From: Octopus bimaculoides
Lineage: Eukaryota
DNA: 36,072 nucleotides
NCBI RefSeq assembly: GCF_001194135.2
Contig: NC_068981.1
Location: 89,520,476-89,556,547, forward strand
Direction of reading: 5' to 3'
Below are positions 33,634 to 36,072 of the stretch, one piece after another (the first letter of the stretch is position 1; every line of letters starts with the position of its first letter). The position numbers and the translations under genes are program-made. Below the pieces are notes generated by a model. The model was not told where the DNA came from, searched no databases, and saw only the letters and a program-made list of their open reading frames with translations.

Positions 33634-33699
33634 CCGTCAAATGTAAAAAGTATGCATAATTCCTCATCTCTTAAATATAGAACTGAATATATATTACAG

Positions 33700-34250
33700 T
33701 TATGTTGAAACAGGTGACACGGGAAAGTGCAGCATTGGCAACAAAACATTTCTGAAGTAAATTTTAACGCTTTGCATAAACGACAATTTGACAGAATTGT
33801 CATTTTTATAAGAATGGGAAAGTTTGTATCTGAAATAGCTTCAGGTTTTGTGAAGAACGAATTTGTCCGCGGTCTGTTTCTGTGAGCTATTCTATTAGGC
33901 CTCTGTGTAATTTGGCGTGCTAAACGTTGTTTTAATGATTCAGCATTAAGTGCTGGAACATCTCTTTGCTGAGATGGGGAAAGTTTCATCTCCCTTCTCT
34001 CCTGGGATTCCATCTGATGTGCTGCAGCATGCCTTTGCTAATCTTGAGAAAGTCTCGTCTCCCTTCTCTCTTGAGACTGTATTTGACGTGCTGCAGCATG
34101 GGTTTGGTTATCTTTGGAAAGTGTCATGTCCCTTTTGTATTGAGACTCCATCTGACGTGATATTGAGAAAGTCTTGTGTCCCTTATCTCTTGAGACTTTC
34201 GCCTTCGGTTTTCTGCATTCCTCCTTGCTGTATAGGTGTTTCTGGATAGA
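33700..34250 (-). mobile_element. Helitron Rep/Hel protein N-terminal fragment with 69-bp (23-aa) tandem repeats
   Basis: Repeats of RQxESQExRxTRLSQDxQRHAAA are followed by F..P...D...PILIxM...CRLCKALKFTSEMFCC, matching the Helitron N-terminal C-x2-C-x-A-x-K-F...E...CC motif. One stop and one frameshift fall within the repeats. Confidence 0.75.
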
Positions 34251-34583
34251 TTGTGTTTTATATTTTGTGGCAAATTTTTATCAATATTTGAAACAAAAAA
34301 TTATGAACATAAAAATATATACATTAATGTCTATTTTTGTAAGCAGTTGTGTGTGTGTAGTATGTATATATTTTTGTATGCAGTGTAAATTAAACAAATA
34401 TAAGCAAATTGTAAAAACCTTGCAATTGCTGCGATAATTACGAACTGTTAATTGGACGGTAGATGTGTATTTATATATACATTGGTCCTTCCACCTAATT
34501 GTTTTTGTCAAGAGTTTCACCTCAGCTGTTTTAGTCACATATTTATATATATGTGTGTGTTTAATATATGTTGGTGTATATAT

Positions 34584-34992
34584 GTTGGCACTCCGTCGCT
34601 TACGACGTCGAGGGTTCCAGTTGTTCCGATTAACGCAACAGCCTGCTCGTGAAATTAACGTGCAAGTGGCTGAGCACTCCACAGCTCCACAGACACGTGT
34701 ACCTCTAACGTAGTTCTCGGGGATATTCAGCGTGACACAGTGTGACAAGGTTGACCCTTTGAATTACAGGCACAACAGAAACAGGAAGCAAGAGTGAGAA
34801 ACAGGAAGAAAGAGTGAGAGAAAGTTGTAGTGAAAGAGTACAGTAGGGTTCGCCACCATCCCCTGCCGGAGCCTCGTGGAGCCTTAGGTGCTTTCGCTCA
34901 ATAAACACTCACAACGCTCGGCCTGGGAATCGAAACCGTGATCCCATGACCGCGAGTCCGCCGCCCCAACCACTGGGCCACCGCGCTTCCAC
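34584..34992 (-). mobile_element. tRNA-derived SINE family C, apparently full length (~410 bp)
   Basis: Perfect A-box TGGCCCAGTGG, B-box GGTTTCGATTCCC, unique body, and a 3' hairpin GTCG-TAAG-CGAC followed by GGAGTGCCAAC. Confidence 0.85.
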
Positions 34993-35885
34993 GTGTACGT
35001 TTAATAACACAGACACTCACACACTCATTTAAAATGTCTTATGCTATAATTGACTATAGAAAGATATGTGTATGAAATGCTATATTGTTATAATCGAAAT
35101 GAAAAAATGACTTTTTGACAGTCATGGGGTGTAATACTATATAGTAAGAGAGACACACACATTTATACATTCACGCATGTCAGTCGTCACATACGTATAT
35201 GTATGTGTAGATTTGTGTAGTTTGAGTAACATACCTAACGCAGAAACACACACGCACTTAGGTACATGCACATTCATACGCCCACACACACACACGCTCA
35301 TACAAAGTGTAGCGCTGTCGTTGAACGTAGAAACATCGTAGTATGAAATGTCCTGTGCTATATTTGACTACAGAAAGATTATCTCTATAAAATGATATAA
35401 TGTTTTAACGGAAATTAAAAAATTACATGTTGACACACGTGGATTAAGGGACAACAGAAAACAATCCAAGTTAAGTACTTTCATTCATAATACAATTATT
35501 TAAGCGCTTCTATTGTTTTAAACGTATTTGACAATAGTGTAAACTGTATTTCACGATGGCATCTATGTGTTTGTTTTGATTTGTGTTTGTTTTTGGTTAT
35601 TGTTATTGATTTCATCTGTACATTCAGTAATTATTTACTTACTTCAATTTACGTTCACATTAACAAAATGAAACTATTTATTTATTACTTTTGTTGGTTA
35701 TATATTAGTTTAAATATGACGTTAAATTATTTAACTAGCAGTTATCATATTGAAAGTATTTGCTAGTAAACCGTATTTAATGAGCAGATTTATTTCATGG
35801 TATATTCAAATCCAGTTAATGATATTATTTACATTTACCCACAATGCAAAGACTAATTTCGATTTCCTGTACTGAAGGTCTAGGG

Positions 35886-35935
35886 CAACATTTCTCAACC
35901 GGGGTTCCGCAAAAGGTTCCGAGGGGTTCTGCGAG
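35886..35935 (+). mobile_element. hAT/Charlie-type MITE terminal fragment
   Basis: CAACATTTCTCAACCGGGGTTCCGC...GGGTTCTGCGAG resembles CAGTGTTTCTCAACC...GGTTCCGCG hAT MITE ends; no partner end is seen. Confidence 0.45.
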
Positions 35936-36014
35936 ACAGAGTGAGATAAGCCAATGCTAATTTCATGATCGTTTTATTAGTATACATGCACATTATATGT
36001 GCATATACATACAT

Positions 36015-36015
<1 letters not shown>

Positions 36016-36072
<57 letters not shown>
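36016..36072. repeat. (TG)n microsatellite
   Basis: Visible directly in the sequence. Confidence 0.98.

Noticed and set aside
33600-34013. Cys-rich tail read as a piggyBac C-terminal domain
   Set aside because: The upstream ESQERRETRL repeats and the CxxCxALKF..E..CC motif fit a Helitron N-terminus better.

Overview
AT-rich animal genomic DNA from a gapped draft assembly. The repeat content (tRNA-derived SINEs with microsatellite cores, RTE and CR1 LINEs, Penelope-like elements, (CA)/(GT)/(TA)/(GA) microsatellites) suggests an octopus/cephalopod genome; this is inferred from repeat recognition, not from a search. I can support no intact host gene, rRNA, true tRNA or CRISPR array. The window is mostly decayed transposons. 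Retroelements: three SINE families, two RTE LINE pieces, a CR1 3' end, several Penelope-like (PLE) fragments with GIY-YIG endonuclease remnants, and a Gypsy gag fragment between two LTRs. DNA elements: mariner and maT Tc1/mariner relics, a Chapaev3-like CMC transposase, a hAT element, a Helitron Rep/Hel N-terminus, and foldback MITEs carrying telomeric hexamers. The most interesting structure is a ~275 bp non-coding element at 33.36-33.63 kb. It joins a tRNA-like Pol III head, an (AAT)n spacer and a minimal type I hammerhead ribozyme, and it faces a second hammerhead across a (TA)n tract. Two apparent SINE/LINE 3'-tail partnerships are also visible within the window. Family names and novelty are unverified without database searches.
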